Shown here one piece after another: positions 39,801-52,378 of a DNA stretch of 64,000 nucleotides; positions within the stretch are counted from its first letter, which is position 1, and the number at the start of each line of letters is the position of its first letter. The stretch covers positions 21,254,767 through 21,318,766 of the forward strand of contig OZ037766.1 of NCBI GenBank assembly GCA_964035545.1, given 5' to 3'. This DNA comes from Bugula neritina (taxonomy: Eukaryota; Animalia; Bryozoa). The position numbers and the translations under genes are program-made. The notes beneath the pieces were generated by a model. That model was not told the origin of the DNA. It worked only from the letters and a program-made list of their open reading frames with translations, and did no database searches.

Positions 39801-42800
39801 TGCTAAATATATAAATTTCAAAATATTTGGAAACAAAGCAGAGAAGATTCAAAAGCTAGAAATTGTTGATATGCTTGAAAAAGTTTATGATCTAAAATCA
39901 TTTTGCCATTGTTTTTAGTAGACCTATATATTTTGTAGTAGGCAAGCAGTTGTCAATGTAAAAATAAACAATTATAAAGAGTTAGAAGTAAGCAGTTTCA
40001 AAGGGCATATAGAATTAGCACCAAACTACAGCTAGGCATAGTCGTAGAAATAATTAGAGATTCGGCAAATGTATACTATTAGATAAATTTAATTATTTTG
40101 AACAGCATCTGCCCCAAGTTAGTAGACTGTCATAATTGATTGTTCGAAGATGTAAAGGGGCGACTGCTAAAATAATCACGGCCTATTTAAATTGTTTTAG
40201 TAAAGCTTAGGTGATATAAATTAAGAATATGGCTTTGACTAGAGTGCTCCAGGAGTGCGTTTGTTTAACTAGGCAAAAGTTACTTTGACATCAAGCATAA
40301 AAATGGATGCTCGCACAGACACATTACTCTGTAGAAGTACAACACTCATCGATTTGAAGTTAAACAAATGATGAAGTAGAACTGAAATGTAAGAGCAATG
40401 TCCAAAAAAAAGAAATTTGAAAGTAATGTTAGGGAGTTCGAAATTCAAAATCAGATCAACATGCAACAGTTAAATTGGTGACATAGAATTGAACCGTTGA
40501 AGAAACAGCTGGAGCAAGTCAGCATCTGACATTACGCATGCGAATAATGTTCTTTATGCATCAGTATTAGATTGTGATAAATTGAGTTATCTAATGAACA
40601 GCTCATTCAGTGGTGCAGAAGTTGTTAAAAATGTTTACAAAGAGAGAACTGCCCAGAGGTTTTTTGAGTAACAATGAACCGCAGTAGTATAGGAACCCAC
40701 TTTTCAACAAGTTTAAATTGTGGGCATTTTAAAGTAATTTACACCCCACTCTACATCGTACTAATCATTTAGAAATAGTATAACGATGCAGTAACCAATG
40801 AAAAACTTTAGACTTCATAAACGCCTTGGTTCTTCATAATCGTATAACCAAATACCAACCGAGTTACACTTCACTCAGCTATACAGTACTTCATTATAAT
40901 CATGTTCAAAGAAAGTAACTCCTCATTGCAGTTATGCCCCAAGAAAAGCTACTAAAGTGACAGAAGATCATACACTTCTTGAGCAGAATAGAATGTGTTA
41001 GGGTACGTTAGTGAGTGCTAGCCCAGGATGATAGATTGAGGAGCAAAGCCAGATGACTACCCTAACCCAGAGCCCCCACTCTACCCCCTATAGATGGACA
41101 GGAGCTGGAGTTATCTCGTATGCCAAGCTACCCGTATCGATATTCGACCCGAAGTTAATTCGAAGGCCAAAAAACATATATATATCATTTGGTGAGTTTG
41201 CAATAACACCAATTGTAAAAGTCCACCATAACATTTGGTGGCAGTGCCATTTCGGTTCCCACCTCTCGTATTGCCAAGCATTTGTTTGCTAATTAATCAC
41301 TGAGGTGAATCACCCAGTTCTACTTGGCCTAGGTAGCTTCTACTAGAAGACTATTGTATAGAGAGCTTCTTCAAGCTTGAGGACCAGCTATTTTTTCAAT
41401 TTAAGGTGGAGTTAAGAAATCTTTAGGTGACATATCAAAAGTCACTTTTGAATAATTGCTAAATAAAGCATAAAAGAATAGGCCTAAATAATATATGAAT
41501 ATATTATTATATACAGTGCTGGTCCCACGCTACATGAAATTACTGGCAATATGTAAGCAAAACGCTTTACAAATAGAATTATAGTGGTTGGCTTGGAGTC
41601 CTGGTATTAAATGCCAAATAATATTTTAGCACTGACAATTTGTATTTTCAATATCCATTTCCTTTATAAACCTTATTACTTATCTGTTAGGTGTGTTATT
41701 AACACTATTTTCACTGCAAAGGAACTCTCCCTTCATTGCATAAACAGCAGTTCATCCACCGGCCCTACACTGTTATTATACATCATGGCTTGACTACCCA
41801 ATCGCACATGACGCCCACGTTGCATACCAACTACAACCTTTTTCTCGCAATGTACCCACCACGAACCCATTTCAGACACAGGTGGTAACTAGTGTGTCAC
41901 AAAACCTAGACAGCCTACCATTATTCTATGATGACTCAACAAAGTCCTGGAAAAATTTTATTGGAAGATGAGAGGTCCTGATGGCCCCCTCACCGGTGCG
42001 ACAATGAGCAGTTGGCTGTTGCCATACCAGTTAAATTTACTGGTTCAGCATGGCAAACGTACAGAAAAATAGTGAAGCAGGCGCCCGGCTGCACCACCAA
42101 CTATGCTGCACTCAAGCTGAGACTGGCGACAATGTTCCTAAGAAATAACCCTCTTTTGGGAAAAACTTTTGGACATTGTCACAGGGAAAGCAGACCATTG
42201 GTGAGTTTTTTACTGAGGTAGTATCGGAAAGACAGCCTGCATTCCTGGGCATGCCAGAGGTGTACCGCGACAAGGTGCTAACCAACGCCTTTGTTGCAGG
42301 ACTGAACGAAGCCCACCAGAAGGATATTCTTCTAAAAGATAAACTCACCCTGCAACGAGCCATAGAGGAGGCAAAAAAGTTAGAAGCCATGGATAGAGCT
42401 TTGAGATCACAAAACAAATCAATTCAATAAAATCTAAAATAGTAGCAGAGGTCAAACAGACTCATAGCTCCTTTACAGAAACAGATCGATGGATTAGCTG
42501 AGTTAATAAAAGTTTAGTCAATCAGATCTAAAGAGCACTCTAAGAGAAGCTACAAAACCACAACTACCAGTCACACAGATATGAGTGTAGAGGGTGTGGT
42601 AACAACAAAGGCAATAACAAAAGTGGCTATAACCAACCACAGCGTCACCACAACCAAGGCGCCCAAAACCAACACCAGGGCTTTATCCAAAACCGAGGCT
42701 CTTATAACCAGCAACCATTACAACAAAATAACAGGGAGCAAACAGGTCACAACTATGGCAATGGGCGTAGAAAAAACCCTTGGCCTTGCAAGACTTGTGA

Positions 42801-45800
42801 GAACAGGCACTATGGGAACAATTGCTCGAATGTAAATGCAGTCAGCAACCTCAGACCTGACGAGTTTGTGTTTGAGTTCTTAAACCAAGACCCAGGCCAG
42901 GAACACGTCAACGTCATAGAACTTGCACCCAAGGAAAAAAGCAATTAGGCCGGAAGTAAAAGAGGCGGTAAGAAATTGTCAGTGATGGATGCAGTGCAAC
43001 TGGCAATGCTATGCCTGCTAAGTTGTTTTTTCAGCTGTGGAGTATCTTCAGTGGAAGCAAAAAACCGATGATATGCGGTTTTCACTACTTGTTCTGACTA
43101 AATAATAATTACACCTGCCTTGAACATGATAAAACAGACCCTACACGACAACCACAACCGACTAAAATTATGTTGTACAAGCCAAACACGGTAAAGTGGG
43201 AACCGCCGGCATACCAGTGTAAAAAGTTTAAATCAGTAGTCGCCAGTTTGATTTATTTTTTTTCCAGCGTGAAGATCTGTAATGCATATATAGAGGAACA
43301 GCCTATCACACGAAGAGAATGCATCAATATGGTCGCTTCTAAGCGCTCTGATACAGGTAGACTAAAGGGCAAAAACAGTGTTCACACCATTCACAACAAA
43401 GCTCAAGCGAAGTACGTATATTGCTGCAAGAAGCACTACTACTTGGAAAAGCAGTGCAGCATAGTACAAGCAACAGTATACAAACAGCATGACAGCAAAG
43501 AATTTGAGTCAACTACAGGTGATGTCTGTCATTGCAAGCATGACGATAGAAGCTGCAGAATGGACAGTGGTTCTATCCTCATATGGGACCCACGAAGGGA
43601 GTCCTACTGCAAACACACGAAGTGGTACACCAAGGAAGGTGCCTTCTTCAATAACCACTTTGTCAGTAGTGACCGTTCAATGGCCTCGACATTTGCCCAA
43701 TATGGGATCGACTCGACAAAGGACTGCACAGGCAAGAATACGTTGATGTCTGACCAAGGAGTAATGTTACGGTTCATGACGCCGCTTCACAACGTGACCA
43801 TCCACAACAATGTCACAACTACCTATCAAATTGTGGGTGCATATGCAGCTACAATAAATGCAGTAGCCCAAGCACTGGCCCTAAAACAAATCATTACAAG
43901 CATCTATTCTGGCACCATTTTTATTTTAAAGCTGGGTAAAGACATTTATTCAAATGGCAGAGTCAAGTGTTAAACCCAGGGGAACACTTGTGTGCTAGTA
44001 CTTGGAACCTATCAAGTAGTTTTTCCCAAGTTAAGTAAGCCCAAGTTTGGCTTACGTACCAAAAATTTTTATAGGTCAGCCAACAAGCTTTTGAGATATT
44101 TCTCAAAAGCTTTTGTCAGACTGGGACCCACTTTCTCCTGGCAGTCTGCACAATACCAATATCTTAGCCTAAATACACACCCCTAGTAATTAGTATAACC
44201 TAGATAACTGTTATAATTTAATTGCTAGTCTACTACTGGATAATTGCCCATTACGTAGCCTGCCTAAGAGTATGTAGATCTCCATGAGTTTCGCCATAGT
44301 TCTAGCCTATAAGGCTGTTGGACATGTACAGGCCACCAATACCTAATTTTACATATTATTTTTTTGTATTCCCAGCCTATCGAGCTGTTGGACACTCACA
44401 GGCCATCACTACTCAATTTATGTGCATGCACTAACAATTTCATGAAATTACATGAAATTACAAGGCTTGTCCAGAATGACGTTAAACTTCAATCTCGCAA
44501 CACAGGCTAATTTCATTTAATATAGGCAACTTTAATGAACTAAAACTTATAGTTCAATGGGCTACTTACAATTATTTTTACAAGGTGTGTCTCAAAACAT
44601 AAATTGTCTCAAAACATAAGCAGCCTCAAAACATAAACCACTTCAAAACACAAAGAAAACTCAAATTGTGCAGTACCACGCCTTACATATATGACGTCAT
44701 AGCGGTATATCGGCAGCACACACCTTGAAACACAAATGAAGACATATAATTTGAGGACACTGTAAGGTTGTTTGAGGAATATTTTTCCAAGTGGGAGAAC
44801 AAGACGATTTTGAGGCACTTGAAACAGAGTCAGCGCAAAGAGTTGAGTGACTACATTCAGTGAGTTTTGAAGTTATCACACTTCTGCCAGCTGAGAGGTC
44901 TCCGAAAAAAGTTAGCTATTCCTGTCATGATTAATGGGATGACCAACGAGAAACTTAAGATGGAACTGTTGCAGATCTCAGATATTTACATGACCAACTC
45001 TACATCTACCTGCGTGAAGTATGAGTCAGCTGAGAGAACAATCGAAAAACTGAGAAATAAAAAGAGTTCCGGACAGAGGTTGGGCACACTGTGTTAAATG
45101 CAGGTGCGTATGAAAATGAGGCAGATGGTAGGGCAGCGGCAGTTAATAACGGGGGGGACGGGGTGTTATAACTGTAGGAGTAGAACATACCTACAAAGAA
45201 ACTGTCCTACCATACCATGCTTCAACTGTAAAAAGTCAAGACATACTTCCAAGGATTACAGTGAGCCAAGACAAGGAAACAGCCTAGGGAGCAACAGAGA
45301 AGGATTTAGAGAGAGCCAAAGACTGGCATGAGGATGAGCAGGATATAGAGGGAGAAAAAGGGGTTACCGCGGTGAATTTAATCAGACTCCCTATTACCAG
45401 GAGGAGGAGTATAAGATTGACCATAAAATAGATTTTGACCATGGGAGAGAATACTGTAATGATGAATCTCTCTGACTATATGAACTCGGTAAAATTACGG
45501 AAGCCAGCAGGCAAAACTCAAGGGAACGCTTTAATACAGCTGTGAAAATAGCTGGCGTCTCCCAGAACTTCCAGATAGACACTATTGCTGACCTGTCTGT
45601 CATAAACAGTAAAACTAGGGTAGAGCTGAATGTAGCTAAAGAAAAGCTAAGGCCATCACACAAGTCCTTGGTGAATGCTGGGGGTAGATCTTTTAAACAG
45701 GAAGGAATATTGGATGCTGAGATTACAGTGGGGGACCGTAAAGCTGTAGGGCAGTTTTATGTAATAGATAAAGCACCAATAAACCTGCTGGGAGCACTGG

Positions 45801-48800
45801 AGATTGATGCTTTAGGGTTGGTTCCTGAGATATATCATGTTAAAGTAGAAGAGAAATTTCTCAAGCTGTACCAGAAACTTGGTAAGCTTCCAGAGAGCTA
45901 CAAGATAAAATTGAGAGATGACACTGTGCCTTATGCACTATCAGTGCCAAGAAAACTTCCCATAGGACTTAGAGAGGTGACAAAAAAGAAGCTGAAGCAA
46001 ATAGAAGAACTTGAAGTTTTTGAGAGAATACATTACCCGTGAGAATGGTACGCGGGCATAGTGGTAGCCCCTAAATCATCTGGAGGGGTGAGAGTCTGCG
46101 TTGATCCGACTAAACTTTACAAAAGTGCAAAAAAGGAAGAATTTCCTACTGCCAAGAATGGAGGAGACACTAGCAGTTCTGGAAAGCAGTGAGATCTTTT
46201 TAAAAATGGATGTCAACTCTGGGTTTTAGCAGGTCAAACTTGAATAGTAATTTAAGCCATACACCGCCTTCATTACACCTTTTGGCAGATTTTAGCATCG
46301 GAAATTACCCTTTGAGATTTCTACGGCCAGATTAATAAGATACTGGGAAACCTAAAAGGAGTGGTGTGCATGATGGATAATATTTTGGTGTTTGGAAAAC
46401 ACATAGAGGAGCATGACCGACAACTCGAGAAAGTTTTAAGGAGACTGATGGATGCAGGTTTGATGCTGAATGAAAAGAAGTGTGAGTTCAGAATGAGAAA
46501 AATTCTTTTCCTAAGCCACCACATACGAGAAAATGGGATCTCACCAGACCCAGAAAAGATTTTAGCAATCACTGAAATAAAACCTCCTACGTGCAAGAAA
46601 GAGCTGAAAATTTTTTTAGGTATGGTCAACTATCTTCATAAATTTAGCCCTAGACTAGCAGAGCTACGTAAACCTTTGCAGGAGATAAACGGCAAAAAAA
46701 AACTAGAAATGTGAAAAATTTGGTTTAATTTTTATAGAGACCTACTTCGAGGTGGAAACAGATCACAAGCCGCTGTTGAAACTTCTTAGAGAAAGCGATT
46801 TAGCTAATCTACCACTCCGACGCCGACGATTCAAACTGAGATTTATGAGATATAACTTTGATATCTTTCAAACGCCCGGAAATCAAATGTTTTTTGGTTG
46901 ATCTCTTATTAAAACCGGCAAGAGAACCAACACCACGTAAACGAGCACAAATTGACCATGTAAAGATGCACATGAAAGTAGTTACTGAAGCTGAAAGGAT
47001 TTTTGATGACCAGATCCTAAAGGAAATTCGACTGAGAATAAGCAAGGATGAAGAATACACAGTACTACTGAGAGAAGTTCTAGAAAGGTGGAGGAGAAGA
47101 GGGAACAATTACAAAAGATAGATTAGAAGATATTGGACGCAAAGGGAGCACTTATCCAGTCAGAATGGCATAGTGATAAGAGACGACAGACAAGATAGTA
47201 ATCGCAGGGAATCTAAGAAAACGCAGATTGAAATATTACACAGGGGTCACCGAGGCCTGAAGAGATGCCTTTGAAAAGCCAGGACTAATGTTTTTTGACC
47301 GGAAACATGAGCAGATTTACAAATATTTATGGAGGGCTGTAACAAATGCATAATCCATAGCAAAATGAAGACGCTTCTGATGAAACCTTCTGAACTTCCA
47401 AATCGACCATGGCACACTTTAAGATATTAGATTTGTTTGGGTACAAGGGTAGAGACTTATGATTGATTACCACTCGGGAGGGAAGTAATAGAGATAGAAG
47501 CAAAAGCAGTTGAAGCTGTAGTGAAGAAAATAAAGAAGATATTTGCGAGGTTTGGCCTCCCATGCAAGCTCCGCAGTAATAATGGACCGTGTCATTTGTG
47601 TTAAAAATTCCAGCTACAATGTCAAAGTAAAAGACAACACGCTTATGAGAAACTGGAAACACATGAGGAAGCTAAATTAACAATGACCAATAGAAGACAA
47701 TTTAAGTTGCTTCGATGAATTTGATACAGAGGAGAGCAAAGAAGACGATGAGTTAGACGGAGAAGAGGAGACAAACCAAACCAATCACTCTCCCAGGACC
47801 ACCCGGAGACCACAGAAGAATGTTTTTAGGAAGCACCTTTCTACAGATTGTAAATGGAACTAGTTTGTGAACTAGTTCTGTTTATTATTTATTTGTTGAT
47901 AATACGCTAGCCAGAAGAGAGAACGATGCGAAAGAGAAATATAGATGTTGGAAGAAAGAAGGAGAAAGGAGAAAAACAGAGAATTGGAGAGATGGTGATT
48001 TAAAAGAGACAGAGCTAAAGAGAGATAGCAAAAAGCAAAGAGGATTCAAAAGCTCTGAAAGCAGTCATAGAGAAGAAAAAAGGCAATCAACCCACAAGCC
48101 GGATGTTCCAATAAACTATATACTCCTGTTAAAACAACAAACAAAAGATATTAAAAAAACTAAAAATTATTAAAGAAAAAAAGGAGAAAGAAAAGAAGAT
48201 GTGACGACACCGGTGCTAAATAGATGCATTGTGATGCAAAATGCAAGGTGCATAGTGAGTGGCTAGTGAGAGAAGGCAAAGGAATGGGGGGAGAGACGAG
48301 GACTGGTGAGACGGAGCTTGGCGAGATACAAACGAGGTGTGATATTAAATAATACTAGAGTACCTTTATGGTAGCTGCCACTGAACAATTTTATTATTGT
48401 AGTTTCATGTTGGCTATAATAAACATCATTAAAACTCCAGCAGTGCAACCTATTATCTATCAGCTAGGGTGAAAGTTACAACTGATATGTAATATCAGAT
48501 TGCTTTGCCATAGCTCCCACAGCTTAATTTTAAAAATAATCAAATATTGATTCCTAAAGATTTATAGATTATAGCAGAGTTATCTACCCTACAGCTCTAA
48601 TGCTATTTCACACCATGCCCAATAAAATTTTTTTGGGATTTTAGCAGCAGACAAATACACTACAAGCTAGAATGGCTTGAACTAAGTCACTACCATTATA
48701 GGCTAAACACTTTTTAAGTGAAAAACTAGCCTTCAATTGTCCTGTACTTTTATCAATGAATTCAACACTTAAAAAAAACCATAATTGATAAGTGTTGATC

Positions 48801-49590
48801 ATGAATCATCAATTCAAAGAAGCTCTGTAATCACGGAGCTTATTAATCATACTAAGCTAGACGCTACACCCATATGGAGCAGGCTAGAGTCATAGACTAA
48901 CTTTGTGGCTCTACCTAAGGGTAAAATACACAGCTACTCCTAGTTAGACTACATCCTAATTTTGTTGTATATGGGGAAATAAACAAATCATATATGCTAT
49001 AGCTAAAGTCTATAACTATAAGTATAAGACTAATACATTTACAATAATGCAGATTTAGTTAGAGCAAGATTTTATACAGTTCTGCAAGTATAGTTCTGCA
49101 AGTATATGCACTTCACCCAGATAGAGCAGCCTAACTCCTACTAAAAGCTATACCCTAACTATAACTGCTATTTAACTCTAACTACAACTGAAATACACAG
49201 CTACCTCAAGCTGTTTCACAGTGAATCCTGAATCAAATGCACCATATATACTACTATAATTTATCATATCAGAGCTAAAAAAGCAGTTCAAATAGGACAC
49301 CTAAAAGATATCGTACGCGTATCTCACAAAGAAGCATGTTGCCTAATTTTTTAAAATATATTGCACCCCTTCTTTAAATTACCAGAACAAACTATTGAAA
49401 TGAATAAAGAAAGCTTACTGAGTACGGGCTAGGAGTTATAGGATCCTGTTCATTGTTGAGATCATATGGCCTCCATGCATTGTTAATTCTCTTTTTGAAA
49501 GGTCCATTGAAGGCATCTCTAATATCTTCCATTGTGAATTGGCAGATGGCAGAACCCACAGGCAGCTGTGCATGCGGACTTACAGATTCA
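30811..49590 (-). CDS. Semaphorin (Sema-PSI-Ig, class-2-like, probably secreted), 3' part. Exons 49590-49419, 35542-35389, ~35156-34959, 34644-34524, 33765-33597, 33151-33003, 32798-32761, 31982-31883, 31319-31156, 30917-30811; last exon unresolved
   Basis: GSAICQFTMEDIRDAFNGPFK (Sema), CDQYLHCSTCSADPHCGW (PSI), WYHNGS..SLYI..EDAGSW (Ig), YEKKVLEWC..MYDWQ (Sema2-like tail). GT-AG phases consistent; the 35156 acceptor is uncertain. Confidence 0.85.
32001..32404. mobile_element. Fold-back MITE (about 190-bp imperfect inverted arms) in a semaphorin intron
   Basis: For example GCTGCTAATGAACATGGGTTTTTGCCC vs GGGCAAAAACCCATGTTCATTAGCAGC. Confidence 0.8.
38793..39900 (+). pseudogene. Decayed Polinton/Maverick-type DNA polymerase B fragment with N-terminal C2H2 fingers
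   Basis: C2H2-like CYRWNCVYSRKFNLSRHIQTCH and C*QCTKQF..IHHKTC; then LPTG..EW..IQH..EQKIG..VDGYC..VFQFHGCFFHGHMC..PINGQTM, the nuclease-like insert typical of these PolBs; many stops. Confidence 0.6.
40996..43900 (+). mobile_element. Decayed, 3'-truncated LTR retroelement: 5' LTR, PBS, gag, glycoprotein (env-like)
   Basis: Putative LTR TGTTA...TAACA at 40996-41233, followed by TGGTGGCAG (tRNA-Leu-type PBS); gag remnants at about 41900-42950 (QGKQTIGEF, AFVAGL, LQRAIEEAKKLEA, CKTCENRHYGNNC); glycoprotein from 42985. Confidence 0.7.
42985..43900 (+). pseudogene. Env-like viral glycoprotein (class III fusogen-like; chuvirus G / herpes gB-type Cys pattern), N-terminal half
   Basis: Hydrophobic signal MDAVQLAMLCLLSCFFSCGVSSVEA, then PMIC, AYQC, ECINM, YCC, and GDVCHCKHDDRSCRMDSGSILIWD..C..SDQG. 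Family assignment is by motif recognition only. Confidence 0.6.
44800..48463 (+). mobile_element. Highly decayed Gypsy (Mag/K02A2.6-like) gag-pol with probable 3' LTR
   Basis: Two knuckles CYNC/CFNC; protease IDTIADLSVI; RT VRVCVD, TAFITPFG, MDNILVFG; FLGMVNY; ETDHKPL; integrase remnants; purine tract followed by TGTGA at about 48200. Many stops and frameshifts. Confidence 0.85.
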
Positions 49591-49687
49591 CTGAAACAGC
49601 AGCAAGCATTCAAATTCAGTATATCTATTATCCTATACCACTATAGAAGTCGTAGAGAACTTCGGGTCAATCAGTGGTAATGGGATT

Positions 49688-51427
49688 TGTATTATATTAT
49701 ATAGATTTCGTCAACGACCCTCGCCTAACGAGGCGCAATCGAAATAAGTCATTGATTGGCTGAAGGTACAACTAGTTCAACTTCATTGGTTAAGTAACGA
49801 TCGTAACAACTATAACAAGTGGTGGATACAGTTAGGGTTGACATTAACATGGCAATTTCTAGCAGTATTTTACATTCTAAATTAATTTTTTTATGCGAAA
49901 GGTTTTAGGAGCTAGGAGTTATGAGAAAAAATAATATAATGTAATAGTTTTGATTGAAAAGTTTTAACAAATGCAGGTCTAAATTTTTATTTAAATCCGC
50001 TCCTTTTAGACTTTGTTTCAAACAAAGGATATTAATTACTGTAGCTATTAGATAAGAATTTAGTCTTGTAAGTATTTTGAAAGCATAATTGTCTTCTCAC
50101 TCAATTTCAGCTCATATTATAAATTTATCAATCTTCATTATAAAAACATAATTGTCTTCTCATTAAATAATAGTCTATTACAATTTTATTGCCACCATAA
50201 TATAATACCATCTTGTAAAATTTTAATATTTTTCAGCATTTTTTGCTAAGTATTATAAAATTTTATGCTGCATTGTATAATATACATATGCATATAATGA
50301 GCTGCATGTAGTAGACGAAAAAAGATATCGCGTTTAGAAAATAATATGTAGAAATTATTTGTAGAATATAAACAATGTGAAATAATTTAACAAACATATA
50401 ACTTTACGAACCTCAGCATTTAAATTTAGTTTGCAGCAATAATAATTTTTTGCTTGTAAAAAGTTAAGTAGAAGAGACGAACAATTTTGTTTCTTGTTTT
50501 TAATGTTATATTTGTTAACATTGTAGATGTGCCTGTATTACACTATAAAGTTCTGATTCTTTTGGTTTAACATTGTATATAACATATTTTGCAGTATATA
50601 CAAAATGAGCACATATATAAAACATAATTATACTCATAGTAAAAGTATATAAAGTTCTAATTTTTTGCTTTGTTGATAAATATCTCCTAACTTAATGAAA
50701 CACAACTTTGGTATAGTTTAAGTTACATTTTTTTTGCAAACACAGTTGGTTTAAGGTCATACTTTTCATTTTCTGGCTCTTTGCCAGGTGCTTTATGTTC
50801 TATATGAACAATGTTCCACTGATAGCTCGAACAGGTTGAATGTCACAGGAACAAAAAAAATATGAAAAGATAAAGAAACTTATGTTCTCCAATATACTTT
50901 TTTATTTTTTTCAAAAGCCAATTCATGTTTAAGTTATAGCTTGTTGAAAAACATAGTCCCCCTTCCACATTCTATTCAATTTATACGCTCCTGACTTGTT
51001 ATTGTGTCTCAATAATATGCCTTGTATTTGAGTGCTTATTAGTCTCGCTTCACTAACTTTGCCTATACTTCACAAGTGCCAGTGCTGCTGGCTCAAAAGC
51101 TAAATGTTATAAACTGTCAGCTAAAACCCAATCTTGTATTCCTAGGTTGGTTGGCCTAAATAAAACAATAGTCAAATCATGATTTCATGTTTTAAAAATT
51201 TACTCTATTCTAACCTGCTGCCTAGCTAGTTCTCTTTTTGATGTATAATTACAAAATTTGTGATACATTTTTTTGGCAACCATGTGATTTATAAAATGCA
51301 GTAATGGTACTTATAATATTATATTATTATCATTATAATATATTATATAGTATTATGTGTGTTTTTATTATACTGCATAATATCTATTTTATTATTGTTG
51401 TTGCGCAAGCAAGTGCAATTAACCTAG
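49688..51427 (+). mobile_element. Possible non-autonomous Helitron
   Basis: 3' hairpin TTGCGC..GTGCAA followed by CTAG|T at 51424-51427; the 5' end is guessed and lacks a clean TC. Confidence 0.3.
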
Positions 51428-52296
51428 TTTTCAAAATGTACCTCTAAATTATCAGAATATCAGTTTAGATATTTTCATGCTTTGTTAGGTAAACCTAAAA
51501 AAAGAGGCTGTATTCCCAAAGTAAAGGGTGTTGAACTATGAACTATATTAGATTAGCCACTCTGCTACCAAGTGCATCAGTATAATATTATATGAATAGC
51601 TCTGATGCTTTGTCTCCGGTGGCTGGCTGCGATATGATAACTTGGCCAACTTCCAAGAGTTTAAAATTGGCGCAATTATTCAAGAGGTTACATGCTGCAC
51701 AGAGCTAGCAGTGATAGTAACCTTGCTATTGGCAGTACTTATTACAACTGCCAGCATATAAGCTGCATTGTAGAATGCCGTTGGGGTAGGCTAGTAAAAC
51801 CAAATTCTGCTCTCTAATATACCTTAGACACAATGCAGCAACATAATTGTTCATTTCAAATTACATTGCCACCCTTACATGAGCTGTGGGCTTCATAAAG
51901 ATTCATATGATTAGAGATTTATGCTATAGGCTAGCTATGATGAAAATAACACACCATTGTCAAAGTTAACTTCAAGTATGTTGTTTTCCAGAAACTCAGT
52001 AATGTCCATTTATCTCTCGCATACAAATACTTATGTAATAGCATACAGTTTAAGTTTTATTTTAGAGCACATCTGCAAACTCTACAATAAGAGCTTGCTT
52101 TACCAGTCTATTTCAGACCTGTTTTTGTAGCTAGTAATACGCAAGCTACTTATTTTTAAACTTTTGGGTTATTTGTTCAAAACCATTTGCTTTGACTGCT
52201 ATCAACATGAATTGACAGCCTAATAATTATAACCCATTTGCGCGCGAAATATTTATGTAATGATAGTGACTCAAATAGTGCGCGTTCCATTAACGA

Positions 52297-52378
52297 TGAC
52301 TGCGTGGTCCAGAGGTTAGAGGCGTCAGCGACGTGTTGGTTGGTCATGGTTCAACCCTGTTATGTTGCAATTTTTTTT
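52297..52378 (+). mobile_element. Degenerate tRNA-derived SINE head
   Basis: TGGTCCAGAGG A-box-like, GGTTCAACCC B-box-like, T-run. Confidence 0.45.
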
